DNA from: Escherichia coli
GTDB taxonomy: Bacteria > Pseudomonadota > Gammaproteobacteria > Enterobacterales > Enterobacteriaceae
DNA length: 64,000 nt
Direction: 5' to 3' (one strand)
NCBI RefSeq assembly: GCF_965641715.1
Contig: NZ_OZ282453.1
The notes below the pieces were generated by a model that had not been told where the DNA came from, did not search any database, and saw only the letters and a program-made list of their open reading frames with translations. The position numbers and the translations under genes are program-made. Positions 1-7,998 of this stretch are shown one piece after another. How positions within the stretch are numbered: the stretch's first letter is position 1; every line of letters starts with the position of its first letter.

Positions 1-203
1 GCTATATGGAAGCAGAAGCCGCCCGGCTGGGCCTCGGATTGGCCTATGTTCCTGTTGAACTGGTCGCGGATGATTTAGAACACGGTAAGCTTATCAGGGT
101 GTTGCAGCGTTACAGCCTGCGAATGGAGGGATTGTTTCTCTATTACCCTCATCGCAACGTCTCCCCCGCTCTGCGGATGGTCATTGATACATTGAAAATC
201 TGA
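1..203 (+). CDS. LysR-family regulator, C-terminal fragment (gene begins upstream of window)
   Basis: ORF 6..203 reads like the C-terminal effector-binding end of a LysR-type regulator; no start in window. Confidence 0.4.
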   Translation, partial: YMEAEAARLGLGLAYVPVELVADDLEHGKLIRVLQRYSLRMEGLFLYYPHRNVSPALRMVIDTLKI

Positions 204-903
204 ACGTTAACAACGACCGACTCTTCACTGTGCAATATTGTGTCAGGTAGTCACTCTGCGTTCAATTCCAGGGGCCGCTTTGAGCGAGAAAGAGCGGACT
301 TATCTGTACAAGGGGACTATCCAGCAATGGAGATCACCCAAAAGAAAAAACTACCTGGCTCCCTCAACAACCTTCATCCGGGAATTTAGCCTCAATCAAC
401 ATTTTTATATCTGTCAGGTTACTTCATTATGAAAACCGATCAATATCGTTGTTTTTGTTGCAATAGTAGAATACGCGTATTTATTCCTCCATTTCTATTA
501 ATAACGGCCATAAACTGTTCATTTCACTGATATTTAAAATATGCATCCTTTTCAAGCTGTTCAGCGGCGTAAGAAAACGTATTAAATATGAATTCGACGA
601 TTTAACCATTTCTGTCTGATTGGTAATCATCTGTGATTAATGCTGGTCTATTGATTACGCCAGCATTAACCGCTTAGGGATGTATTCTTCCTGTTGATAT
701 ACAGCCTCGAAAAAGAGAGAAAATAAAACTGTGTCCAATATTACTTTACTACTCCAGACCGAAGCATCGGTAGAATTAGCAGAACGACTGGTACAGAAGG
801 TGGGTATAGCGTCATTTGTCAGGTATTCCATTGCCTGACAAATGACAATTTTGAGTCAATAGACGTGCTTCTTGATCATGTCTTAAAAATTATACCATGA
901 GCC

Positions 904-1182
904 TTATGAAGCATTATTTTTACTGACTGGTGTTAACTTTGCTATCATATAAACTCTGTTCTTAAAAAACGCGCCCAGAATTTTATATGATTTCCCTTGT
1001 TTTTCTGCCTGTAAAGAAATTTCTTTTTCAGTGCTGTTAATGGTTGAACCGACGGCAGTAATCGTTTTGGCGACGCTACTGAATGATAATAAAGACAGTG
1101 CAACCACAACAATTAAAGAACAGATAGTATTCACGCTAATTCTCCTGACAATTGAGAGGATGAGTTTTATATATAAAGGCAT
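904..1182 (-). CDS. small secreted DUF1471-like (YhcN/BhsA-type) protein; true start probably internal
   Basis: hydrophobic N-terminal segment then short mature domain typical of small enterobacterial periplasmic stress proteins; AT-rich. Confidence 0.3.
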   Translation of the reverse strand: MPLYIKLILSIVRRISVNTICSLIVVVALSLLSFSSVAKTITAVGSTINSTEKEISLQAEKQGKSYKILGAFFKNRVYMIAKLTPVSKNNAS

Positions 1183-1347
1183 TAAACATGAGTCATGTTT
1201 ACTTCCTGTGAAAATAATCTTTCTGTAATTAAACCCTCATCTCCTTCGGGGTGAGCAATACATAATGCATCTTGCTATGAAAAACACAGGGATATATAAA
1301 TCTTCCTTCTGACCTATTTAATAAAACGTGAATGTAAAAATTATTCT

Positions 1348-2085
1348 TCAGTTTGCAGATGCAGTGGGTCTGATGGTAATTTCGGTTGTATCAACGCTTT
1401 CGGGAGATTCAATAATATGCCTTACCGCACGGGCAATATCCGCAGGTTGAAGTGCAACAGAACGGTAGGCGTCCATTGCCTTCATGGTTTCCACATGGGT
1501 AATGGTTGAAGCCAGTTCACTTTCGACAACGCCAGGATTTACGCAGGTCACACGGATTTTCGAGCTTTCCTGCCGTAAGCCATCAGAAATAGCCCGTACT
1601 GCAAATTTGGATGCACAATAGACTGCGCCTGTGGGCACAACAGAAAGGGCACCAATAGAACCAAGATTGATTATCTGACCGGAACCCTGTGCTTCCATCA
1701 CCGGAAGTACAGCGCCAATTCCCCACAGTACACCTTTGATATTCACGTCAATAGTGAGCTCCCATTCATCCTGTTTTCCTGCTGCAAGCGGTGAAAGCGG
1801 CATAACGCCCGCATTATTGATAAGAACATCAACTCGCCCCCAGCTATCCAGCGCTACTTGCACGAAATCTGCCATGGACTGTCGGTCTGTGACATCCAAC
1901 TCCCGAGCTTTAGCAATTCCTCCTGCGCGGCAAATTTCGGTTGCAATGGCTTCGATACGCTCAACTCTGCGTGCTCCCAGTAAAGTCTTTGCACCTGTCG
2001 TTCCCAGCTCTCTGGCAATACCTTCCCCAATACCACTTGATGCGCCGGTGATTAATATGACCTTATCCATTACGTTCTCCTTCAA
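1348..2085 (-). CDS. short-chain dehydrogenase/reductase (SDR) family oxidoreductase; likely start at MDKVILITG (2070)
   Basis: TGASSGIG Rossmann motif, NNAG, catalytic Y-x3-K (YCASK). Confidence 0.85.
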   Translation of the reverse strand: MKENVMDKVILITGASSGIGEGIARELGTTGAKTLLGARRVERIEAIATEICRAGGIAKARELDVTDRQSMADFVQVALDSWGRVDVLINNAGVMPLSPLAAGKQDEWELTIDVNIKGVLWGIGAVLPVMEAQGSGQIINLGSIGALSVVPTGAVYCASKFAVRAISDGLRQESSKIRVTCVNPGVVESELASTITHVETMKAMDAYRSVALQPADIARAVRHIIESPESVDTTEITIRPTASAN

Positions 2086-2168
2086 ATGTGTTCGGAGAGA
2101 GAATAGAACTTTATGATTGGTTCCAGTATCCTGCTTTCAATGTACTCAGTGGTTAGCGGCATTAAACA

Positions 2169-3068
2169 ATGAAAATCGATCTTAATCTTTTACCCATTTT
2201 TATCGCGGTAGCAGAAGAAAGTAATTTTAGTAAAGCCGCCGCACGACTGGGCGTTACCCGTTCAGCGGTCAGTCAGGGAATAAGACGCCTTGAAGATGCA
2301 TTCGGGACAATGCTTGTAATGCGGACCACGCGCTCAGTTAATTTGACGGAAGCGGGAGAACGGCTGCATAAATCGTTGTCATTACCTTTATCCGGTATTG
2401 AGACAGCGTTCGAAGAGATGGTTTCTGATCATGTACCACGTGGACTTCTCAGAATCGCAGTGACGTCAATAGCTGAAGAATTTCTTTCAGGTCCGCTAAT
2501 CGCTTCGTTTGCAGCAGCCAATCCAGCCGTTACGCTTGATATTGTTGTCACGGATGAGGAATTCGATATCGTGGCCGCAGGTTACGATGCTGGCGTAAGG
2601 CTCGGAGAGGTCATTGAAAAAGACATGATTGCTGTGCCCCTTACCGGCAGTCAGCGTGAAATGGTCGTTGCCTCTCCCTCCTATCTCGCAGCCAACAGCA
2701 CACCTGTTCATCCGCGTGAACTTGTGAATCATAAGTGTATCGGCTGGCGTCAGTCCCCGGAGGTTGCGCCTTATCGCTGGCCATTTGAAGAAAACGGGAG
2801 AGCTTTCGACCTTGCGATTGAACCGCAGATTACGACTAATGATCTGCGTCTGATGTTGAGGCTGGCTCTTGCCGGCGGAGGAATAACAATTGCCACTCAG
2901 GAAACTTTCAGGCCGTATATTGAAAGCGGTAAGCTTGTATCTCTGCTTGATGACTTTCTTCCACAATTTCCGGGCTTCTATCTGTATTTCCCACAGCGTC
3001 GCAATATTGCACCAAAGCTCCGCGCCCTGATTGACCACGTCAAGGAATGGCGGCAGCAATTGGCTTAA
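2169..3068 (+). CDS. LysR-type transcriptional regulator
   Basis: N-terminal HTH (FSKAAARLGVTRSAVSQGIRRLE) and LysR substrate-binding domain; divergent from the SDR gene. Confidence 0.85.
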   Translation: MKIDLNLLPIFIAVAEESNFSKAAARLGVTRSAVSQGIRRLEDAFGTMLVMRTTRSVNLTEAGERLHKSLSLPLSGIETAFEEMVSDHVPRGLLRIAVTSIAEEFLSGPLIASFAAANPAVTLDIVVTDEEFDIVAAGYDAGVRLGEVIEKDMIAVPLTGSQREMVVASPSYLAANSTPVHPRELVNHKCIGWRQSPEVAPYRWPFEENGRAFDLAIEPQITTNDLRLMLRLALAGGGITIATQETFRPYIESGKLVSLLDDFLPQFPGFYLYFPQRRNIAPKLRALIDHVKEWRQQLA

Positions 3069-3193
3069 ATGTCTGCACCTGCATTGCCTGATGTCAGAAC
3101 AGTATTTTGATTAATTGCCAGGGTTACAATGGCATAAATACGGCACAGGAGGAAACGTGGTGTATTTAAATATGGGGTAACTACTTGATTTAA

Positions 3194-3211
3194 ATGGTGC
3201 CGATAATAGGA
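3194..3211. repeat. attR of P4-like satellite: 18-bp direct repeat (atggtgccgataatagga) of the thrW 3' end
   Basis: identical 18-mer at 14821..14838 inside the tRNA-Thr 3' end. Confidence 0.6.
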
Positions 3212-3391
3212 ATAAAATAAAACAATAACATACTGAAAAATATACAAAAAAGAAACACACCGTTAAGTAATGCCCCCGAAAATGCCCCCATAATAGATGC
3301 CGCAGTAAGTCGACTTGTCCCAAGGACTGGTAAGTAATGTCAATAGCGGGAACAAAGAGACATTACTTACCGAGAATGGAATCCATTTAGG

Positions 3392-4621
3392 TTATGCTGG
3401 CCAATCCCACTGCTGATAGGCAGAGAATAGGCGCGTGAGCTCAGCAGGCGCAAGAATATCAACAATATTAGCTCTGTAGCTATGCGATTTACCTAATGGA
3501 ACATTTTCGAAATGATTAGCTTGATAAGGATTAAAATCGTGAAGCTCACCTAATGTTGAGATATCGGTATTAATAGTTTTAAGCCAAGAAACAAGAATTA
3601 CTTTTGCCCCTGTTCTCTGTATGTAAGCTCTTGCCGATTCAAAACTATAGCCTCGAGTTGTTATATCATCTATAAGAAGTACTGTTTTACCAGGGCCTAA
3701 AGGTGGTTTTTTATAGGTAGTTCTAGGATTTCTGTGTGGCTGAGAATTAAGACAAATTGTATTAAGTTGATTGCAATGGTCAATTGCAACTCCCTCATTT
3801 CTTGCTTTTTGAGATTTTTTGGAAGTCGTATGCCTTAAAATAAGATCTGGGATATACGTCTTGCGAAAACATTTTCCAAATATTGAAATCGCTTCATCCA
3901 TGATATTATTCCCATATCCTTGCTTATGCCCTGGATAAACACTAACATAATTAATCATCTTATGAATGCCACTAAAATAGAGACTGGATATTAAGGCACT
4001 CGTCCAAAATTCAGGATGGCCTAATCCATGTTTAGCAGCAGCACGAGCATCTTCAGAGTAAAGAGTATACTCTTCCTTCATGGTGCTGAAAGGAGCAAGT
4101 GCATAGAAATTAAAATCACCATCGTGAATTTCATGACACCAAAGATGCTCTCTTAAACAGAAGGTATCTATAAATCTAGCAATATCTTTAGGGGTTGAAA
4201 ACTCGAAACCATAATCTGTTTTGTCTGCCCACCATGTAGCTCTTAAAAAGAGCAACTCACCATTAACTGCTGTTTGCATGTCGTTTATCGAAGCACCAAT
4301 GTACAAAGTTTCTGTACTTTCCCAACCCATCAAATCAAGGACATATTTTGTAGCATCCGCAGTTGGCTTCCCTGGAATGCTCTTATCTTTCGCTCGACAA
4401 AGATATTTAAATTCTCCCCAATGCTTTTGTAACACATCCTCTAAAGGGGTTCTTTCATCTCCGACAACCCAACCCCTGTTAGTGAATACAACAAACTCGA
4501 TCTTTTTAGTTCTGAAATATCTAATTAATTTATCTACCTCTGCAAAGATTTCGCTATCGATCTTTCCCTTAGGCACAAGAATATCTTCAACACTAAGAAT
4601 CACACCCTTAATTTTGCTCAT
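3392..4621 (-). CDS. satellite cargo: protein with N-terminal Rossmann-like (possibly degenerate HAD-like) domain and C-terminal type I phosphoribosyltransferase domain; ShosT-like candidate
   Basis: PRTase signature VLLIDDITTRG near C-terminus; N-terminal YIGASINDMQTAVNG resembles HAD motif IV; AT-rich; 10-nt gap to upstream gene. Confidence 0.55.
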   Translation of the reverse strand: MSKIKGVILSVEDILVPKGKIDSEIFAEVDKLIRYFRTKKIEFVVFTNRGWVVGDERTPLEDVLQKHWGEFKYLCRAKDKSIPGKPTADATKYVLDLMGWESTETLYIGASINDMQTAVNGELLFLRATWWADKTDYGFEFSTPKDIARFIDTFCLREHLWCHEIHDGDFNFYALAPFSTMKEEYTLYSEDARAAAKHGLGHPEFWTSALISSLYFSGIHKMINYVSVYPGHKQGYGNNIMDEAISIFGKCFRKTYIPDLILRHTTSKKSQKARNEGVAIDHCNQLNTICLNSQPHRNPRTTYKKPPLGPGKTVLLIDDITTRGYSFESARAYIQRTGAKVILVSWLKTINTDISTLGELHDFNPYQANHFENVPLGKSHSYRANIVDILAPAELTRLFSAYQQWDWPA

Positions 4622-4631
4622 TTCATCTTCC

Positions 4632-5696
4632 TTAGAGATCTAAGCTCTGCTGTATCGGCTGTGCTTTTAAATCATGATTATTATTCAAAATATAATTACT
4701 CATCTCATTCAATTCAAAAGGCATTAAAAAAGATAAAGAATTTCTATTTTCTTCAGCAAACTTCAATTCTGGTCTACTTTCATACGTAGTAGGAAGATAT
4801 GGACTCGCTATCTTTTTTGCATACTTAAAAGCATAATCAACAGTATGTGATGTTCCACTTTTAATATTCCATTCGACTGGTATTAGTGAATCACATAAAG
4901 CAGCCTGGATTCTGTTACGCCTTACAAAATTTTCTGCGCTATATGTTTGTTCAGGTAGATACTCGGTAACGATAGCCCCACCATTAGAAACTATTGCTCG
5001 ATATAACTCTTTAGAACCTTTCGGATACTCGACAAAAATCCCATTACCCAATACCGCAATAGTTGGAATGCCATATCTCAGCGATTCATAATGACAACAT
5101 TGATCTATTCCTGTCGCCAAACCACTGACTGTTGAAACATCTTTAGAATATAGAGAAGAAACAATCAGTTTTACTAGAAAAATACCATCATCCGTTGGCT
5201 TTCGTGTCCCCACAATTGCAACAGATTTCTTATTAAGAAGTTCATAATTACCATGAACAAAAATCCAAAATGGCGGATCGCTTATGTTCTTTAATGATTG
5301 AGGAAATGTAGCCTGATCATAAAAGGTGAGCACAATACCATTTTTATTGAGTTCACGAGCTCTCTCCAGTCCCTTAGACCAAAGGTCTTGTTGAAATGTT
5401 TCCCAAGATATATTTTTAGGCAAGGAAACTCTTAGATATCCTGCCAAGGCATCAGCTGTATTATCTTTTAATATATTCTTAAATCCAATTTTGGATTGAT
5501 AGATTTTGCGAAGCGTCCAGTAACCAACCCCCTTTAGACAAGTTAAGGCAAGAAACGCAATAATTTCATTTTTCCAAAACTCTCTAACTTCAGTGTAATC
5601 TTTATATTCCATTTTACGTTTGCCTTTTAGATTACAACCCGTACTCAACACAAAAAATTTAGAAAATTGTTGCCAAAAGCATATTATAAATAGCAT
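4632..5696 (-). CDS. satellite cargo: DprA/Smf-like (SLOG-type Rossmann) protein; ShosA-like candidate; probable start at MEYKDY (5612)
   Basis: DprA core motifs VAIVGTRKPT, GLATGID, TIAVLGNGI, YPKGSKELYRAI, FVRRNRIQAAL; AT-rich. Confidence 0.55.
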   Translation of the reverse strand: MLFIICFWQQFSKFFVLSTGCNLKGKRKMEYKDYTEVREFWKNEIIAFLALTCLKGVGYWTLRKIYQSKIGFKNILKDNTADALAGYLRVSLPKNISWETFQQDLWSKGLERARELNKNGIVLTFYDQATFPQSLKNISDPPFWIFVHGNYELLNKKSVAIVGTRKPTDDGIFLVKLIVSSLYSKDVSTVSGLATGIDQCCHYESLRYGIPTIAVLGNGIFVEYPKGSKELYRAIVSNGGAIVTEYLPEQTYSAENFVRRNRIQAALCDSLIPVEWNIKSGTSHTVDYAFKYAKKIASPYLPTTYESRPELKFAEENRNSLSFLMPFELNEMSNYILNNNHDLKAQPIQQSLDL

Positions 5697-5980
5697 CTTA
5701 CCGCAGATTTGTGAAGCAACAACATCCCTAGGAGAAACCTTAACCTAGCGGGACAACTTACTGACCAATCCTCAGCTAGCTCATTGAATTGCCCCCATAT
5801 CGCACAGCCCCGCACGCCTGCCCGCTTCGCTTAACAGACTGGTTTTCATGCACCTCATAAATCGTCTCAGAAGCCACCAAACAAGGGCTTTCTCGTCAAA
5901 AATGGTGCATAAGACTCATGCGTTTTCATGCGCCATAGACATGCACTCATGCGCTCTCAGGCCAGCCAGGGAAAAGGTGT

Positions 5981-6005
5981 TAAAAATCCCGGTACTCGAC
6001 CGGGA
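5981..6005 (-). terminator. Rho-independent terminator downstream of delta/ogr-like gene
   Basis: stem tcccggtactcgaccggga followed by U-run on the minus-strand transcript. Confidence 0.5.
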
Positions 6006-6027
6006 TTACGTAGGCGTTTTTTTCTAA

Positions 6028-6309
6028 TCAGACAGGAATCTGCTGACGGCTTGACAGTTTTGACGCGGAGCCATAGCGATTGAGCGTTTGCTGTTGTTTT
6101 ACCGGGGTTTGTGATTTGTCTGGTTCCTGTTCATTGCGCCGGGGTTTCATGATTATCTTATCCACACTCTCCAGTGCCGTAAATGTGCAGGAACATTCCA
6201 GATTCTGGCACTGATACCACGAGCGTTTAACTGACGGAGCTTCATAGGCTGCTGTTCTGGCGTGTGCAACTGTACCGCATTCCGGACATTTAAGTGCCAT
6301 TAATATCAC
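6028..6309 (-). CDS. Ogr/Delta-family zinc-finger late transcription activator
   Basis: CPECG...HARTA...YQCQNLECSCTF matches the Ogr/Delta C4 zinc-finger pattern. Confidence 0.8.
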   Translation of the reverse strand: MILMALKCPECGTVAHARTAAYEAPSVKRSWYQCQNLECSCTFTALESVDKIIMKPRRNEQEPDKSQTPVKQQQTLNRYGSASKLSSRQQIPV

Positions 6310-6857
6310 TCCTGTATATCGTTAATGTCATTCAGGCGTTGCTGAAAACGCAGATGTTGTGCCGGGGTGTAAGAGCCCTGGCAATCACGAATCATACTGG
6401 GGTCAGGCATCAAACCGGATTCATCCAGGATCTCACGATAATCCCCGGCAATTTCAGGCGGTGTTATTGCCAGCTGGCGAACCAGAGCACTGCGTAATAT
6501 ACGGGACGCAACGTCAACCCCTCCGCGCCCCTTCAGGAACGGAGCCAGTGCAGATGTCAGGGCTGCCCCATTCGCCTGCATAAAATTGCTGAGAGCGGCT
6601 TCTGTGCAGGCCTCCATCAGTAAATGCTGCGAGTAAATGCATTCGCGCGCAGCACAGTTAATTTGCCATTTCAGCACATCCAGACGTTCCCGCAGGAATT
6701 CGAGCTGTCGGGCATAATCTGCTGGTTTTTCTGTGGCAGCGAGGAGAGATGTTATCTGTTGTTCAACGGCTTTTCGGCTCTCACTATGTCTGGCCCACAG
6801 AATACGGGCATTCCGAAAACTGGTAAGTACCTGGTCAGGTGTGCCTCGGGCCGTCAT
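6306..6857 (-). CDS. psu: Psu-like (polarity suppression / capsid decoration) protein
   Basis: 183 aa, recalled similarity to P4 Psu (KWQ.N.AA, FMQ.NGAAL.SALAP, FTPAQ); translationally coupled to sid and delta. Confidence 0.55.
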   Translation of the reverse strand: MTARGTPDQVLTSFRNARILWARHSESRKAVEQQITSLLAATEKPADYARQLEFLRERLDVLKWQINCAARECIYSQHLLMEACTEAALSNFMQANGAALTSALAPFLKGRGGVDVASRILRSALVRQLAITPPEIAGDYREILDESGLMPDPSMIRDCQGSYTPAQHLRFQQRLNDINDIQE

Positions 6858-7597
6858 ACTGCTTTCTCCTTCTCAGCAAGTTCCTGACGAACCTTTATTT
6901 TATGCATAGCTGCTGGAGAGAGTTGATTACTGAAATCCAGACGCGCCGCATAATCCGGGGCAACTCCCGCCAGTTTAAACACCGGGTCCTGTTCAGGCAT
7001 CGCATCGTTAGCCAGAGCCGGTCTGGTGATATGTTTATGAATAAAGTCTTTCAGCACTGTGTCCGGGTCATTAACTGAATTCACCACACCCACAACGGCA
7101 CTGGCTTCCCGGCCCATTGTGGATTTAAGCAGGCTCAGCGTCTGAATAAGCGCTTTTCCATGCGACTGCATAAAATCCTCCCAGATTTGTTTTGCGCGAA
7201 TATCCACAAGAATGTTATGCGCGTGGATATACTTTCCGGCTAATTCCGCAGCTTTCTGCGGCAAAAGTGCATTTTCGCTTTCCTGAGCCGCCAGCAGCTC
7301 ATCAAAATCCTCAAGCGTTTCTCGTCCCAGCGCAATTTCCGTGCGCAGTTTTTTCATTTCCTTTGAGACCACGCCCTGACTTTCACGAAACAGCGTGCGC
7401 CACTCCTCATTCAGTGTATTCGTCGTGGATTCCATTTCAGCGCGACGCTGGCGGATTGTCGCAATATTATCCGCTGCCGCTTTCTGCTGACGACGTGCTT
7501 CAAGCCATGCGTTTCTGGCTGTGTTCATGGTTTCCAGTGCCCGCTGCGTTACAGCCGGAAAAGTGGAAAGGTTGTTATTCACTGCGGTGTTGTTCAT
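6854..7597 (-). CDS. sid: Sid-like capsid size-determination (external scaffold) protein
   Basis: 247 aa helical protein first in the late operon upstream of psu/delta, size and position as P4 Sid. Confidence 0.5.
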   Translation of the reverse strand: MNNTAVNNNLSTFPAVTQRALETMNTARNAWLEARRQQKAAADNIATIRQRRAEMESTTNTLNEEWRTLFRESQGVVSKEMKKLRTEIALGRETLEDFDELLAAQESENALLPQKAAELAGKYIHAHNILVDIRAKQIWEDFMQSHGKALIQTLSLLKSTMGREASAVVGVVNSVNDPDTVLKDFIHKHITRPALANDAMPEQDPVFKLAGVAPDYAARLDFSNQLSPAAMHKIKVRQELAEKEKAV

Positions 7598-7631
7598 GAC
7601 TTCTCCTGTCGGGTTGGTTCGTTACGTCAAT

Positions 7632-7687
7632 TGTGTCGTGGCTGACACAAGCACACTATCGGTGCTCAGTGTGTGGTGGCTGGCACA
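7632..7687 (-). promoter_or_regulatory. Two TGT-N12-ACA dyads (Ogr/Delta-type activator sites) upstream of sid
   Basis: TGT(7632-7634)-N12-ACA(7647-7649) and TGT(7670-7672)-N12-ACA(7685-7687), 35-90 bp upstream of sid start. Confidence 0.45.
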
Positions 7688-7775
7688 ACGGGCGCTTGCG
7701 GTTATTCAGACGTGGCTATGAAAGCCAGCCAGATAAAAATGCCCACTGTTTCAGTCTGCTTTATGTCCCTGATGC

Positions 7776-7964
7776 GGTGGAACAGGTGAAACATGTGTTA
7801 CAGCTTTGTTTTATAAATCATTTATATACACTGCACCGGTGGAACATCGCGGGTAACAAGGTGGAACAGCGGATTGGCTGGCGTTACATCTGTTCCACCT
7901 CACTATTTCAGAAGGTGGAACAGGTTCAGCCCCTGTAAAATACGGTTGTTCCACCTGTTTCACC
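7776..7964. repeat. Iteron cluster: 6 perfect GGTGGAACA/TGTTCCACC 9-mers plus 2 variants in both orientations (crr/ori-like)
   Basis: copies at 7776, 7838, 7860, 7891(inv), 7914, 7947(inv); variants at 7785 and 7956; directly downstream of primase gene. Confidence 0.55.
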
Positions 7965-7998
7965 TGTTACCCTTAATAAATAAGACTCACGCAAAGCC

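Noticed and set aside
1736-2116. 126-aa ORF antisense to the SDR gene
   Set aside because: Fully embedded in the opposite strand of a well-supported gene; low-complexity Ser/Ala-rich translation typical of antisense frames in GC-rich DNA
2496-3059. 187-aa ORF antisense to the LysR regulator gene
   Set aside because: Embedded antisense ORF with no motif; the LysR frame has clear HTH and effector domains
5700-6030. Looked for a P2/P4-type cos site (GGCGAGGCGGGGAAAGCAC) between delta and the cargo genes
   Set aside because: No match seen by eye here or elsewhere in the element; only CATGCG-type short repeats and the delta terminator are present
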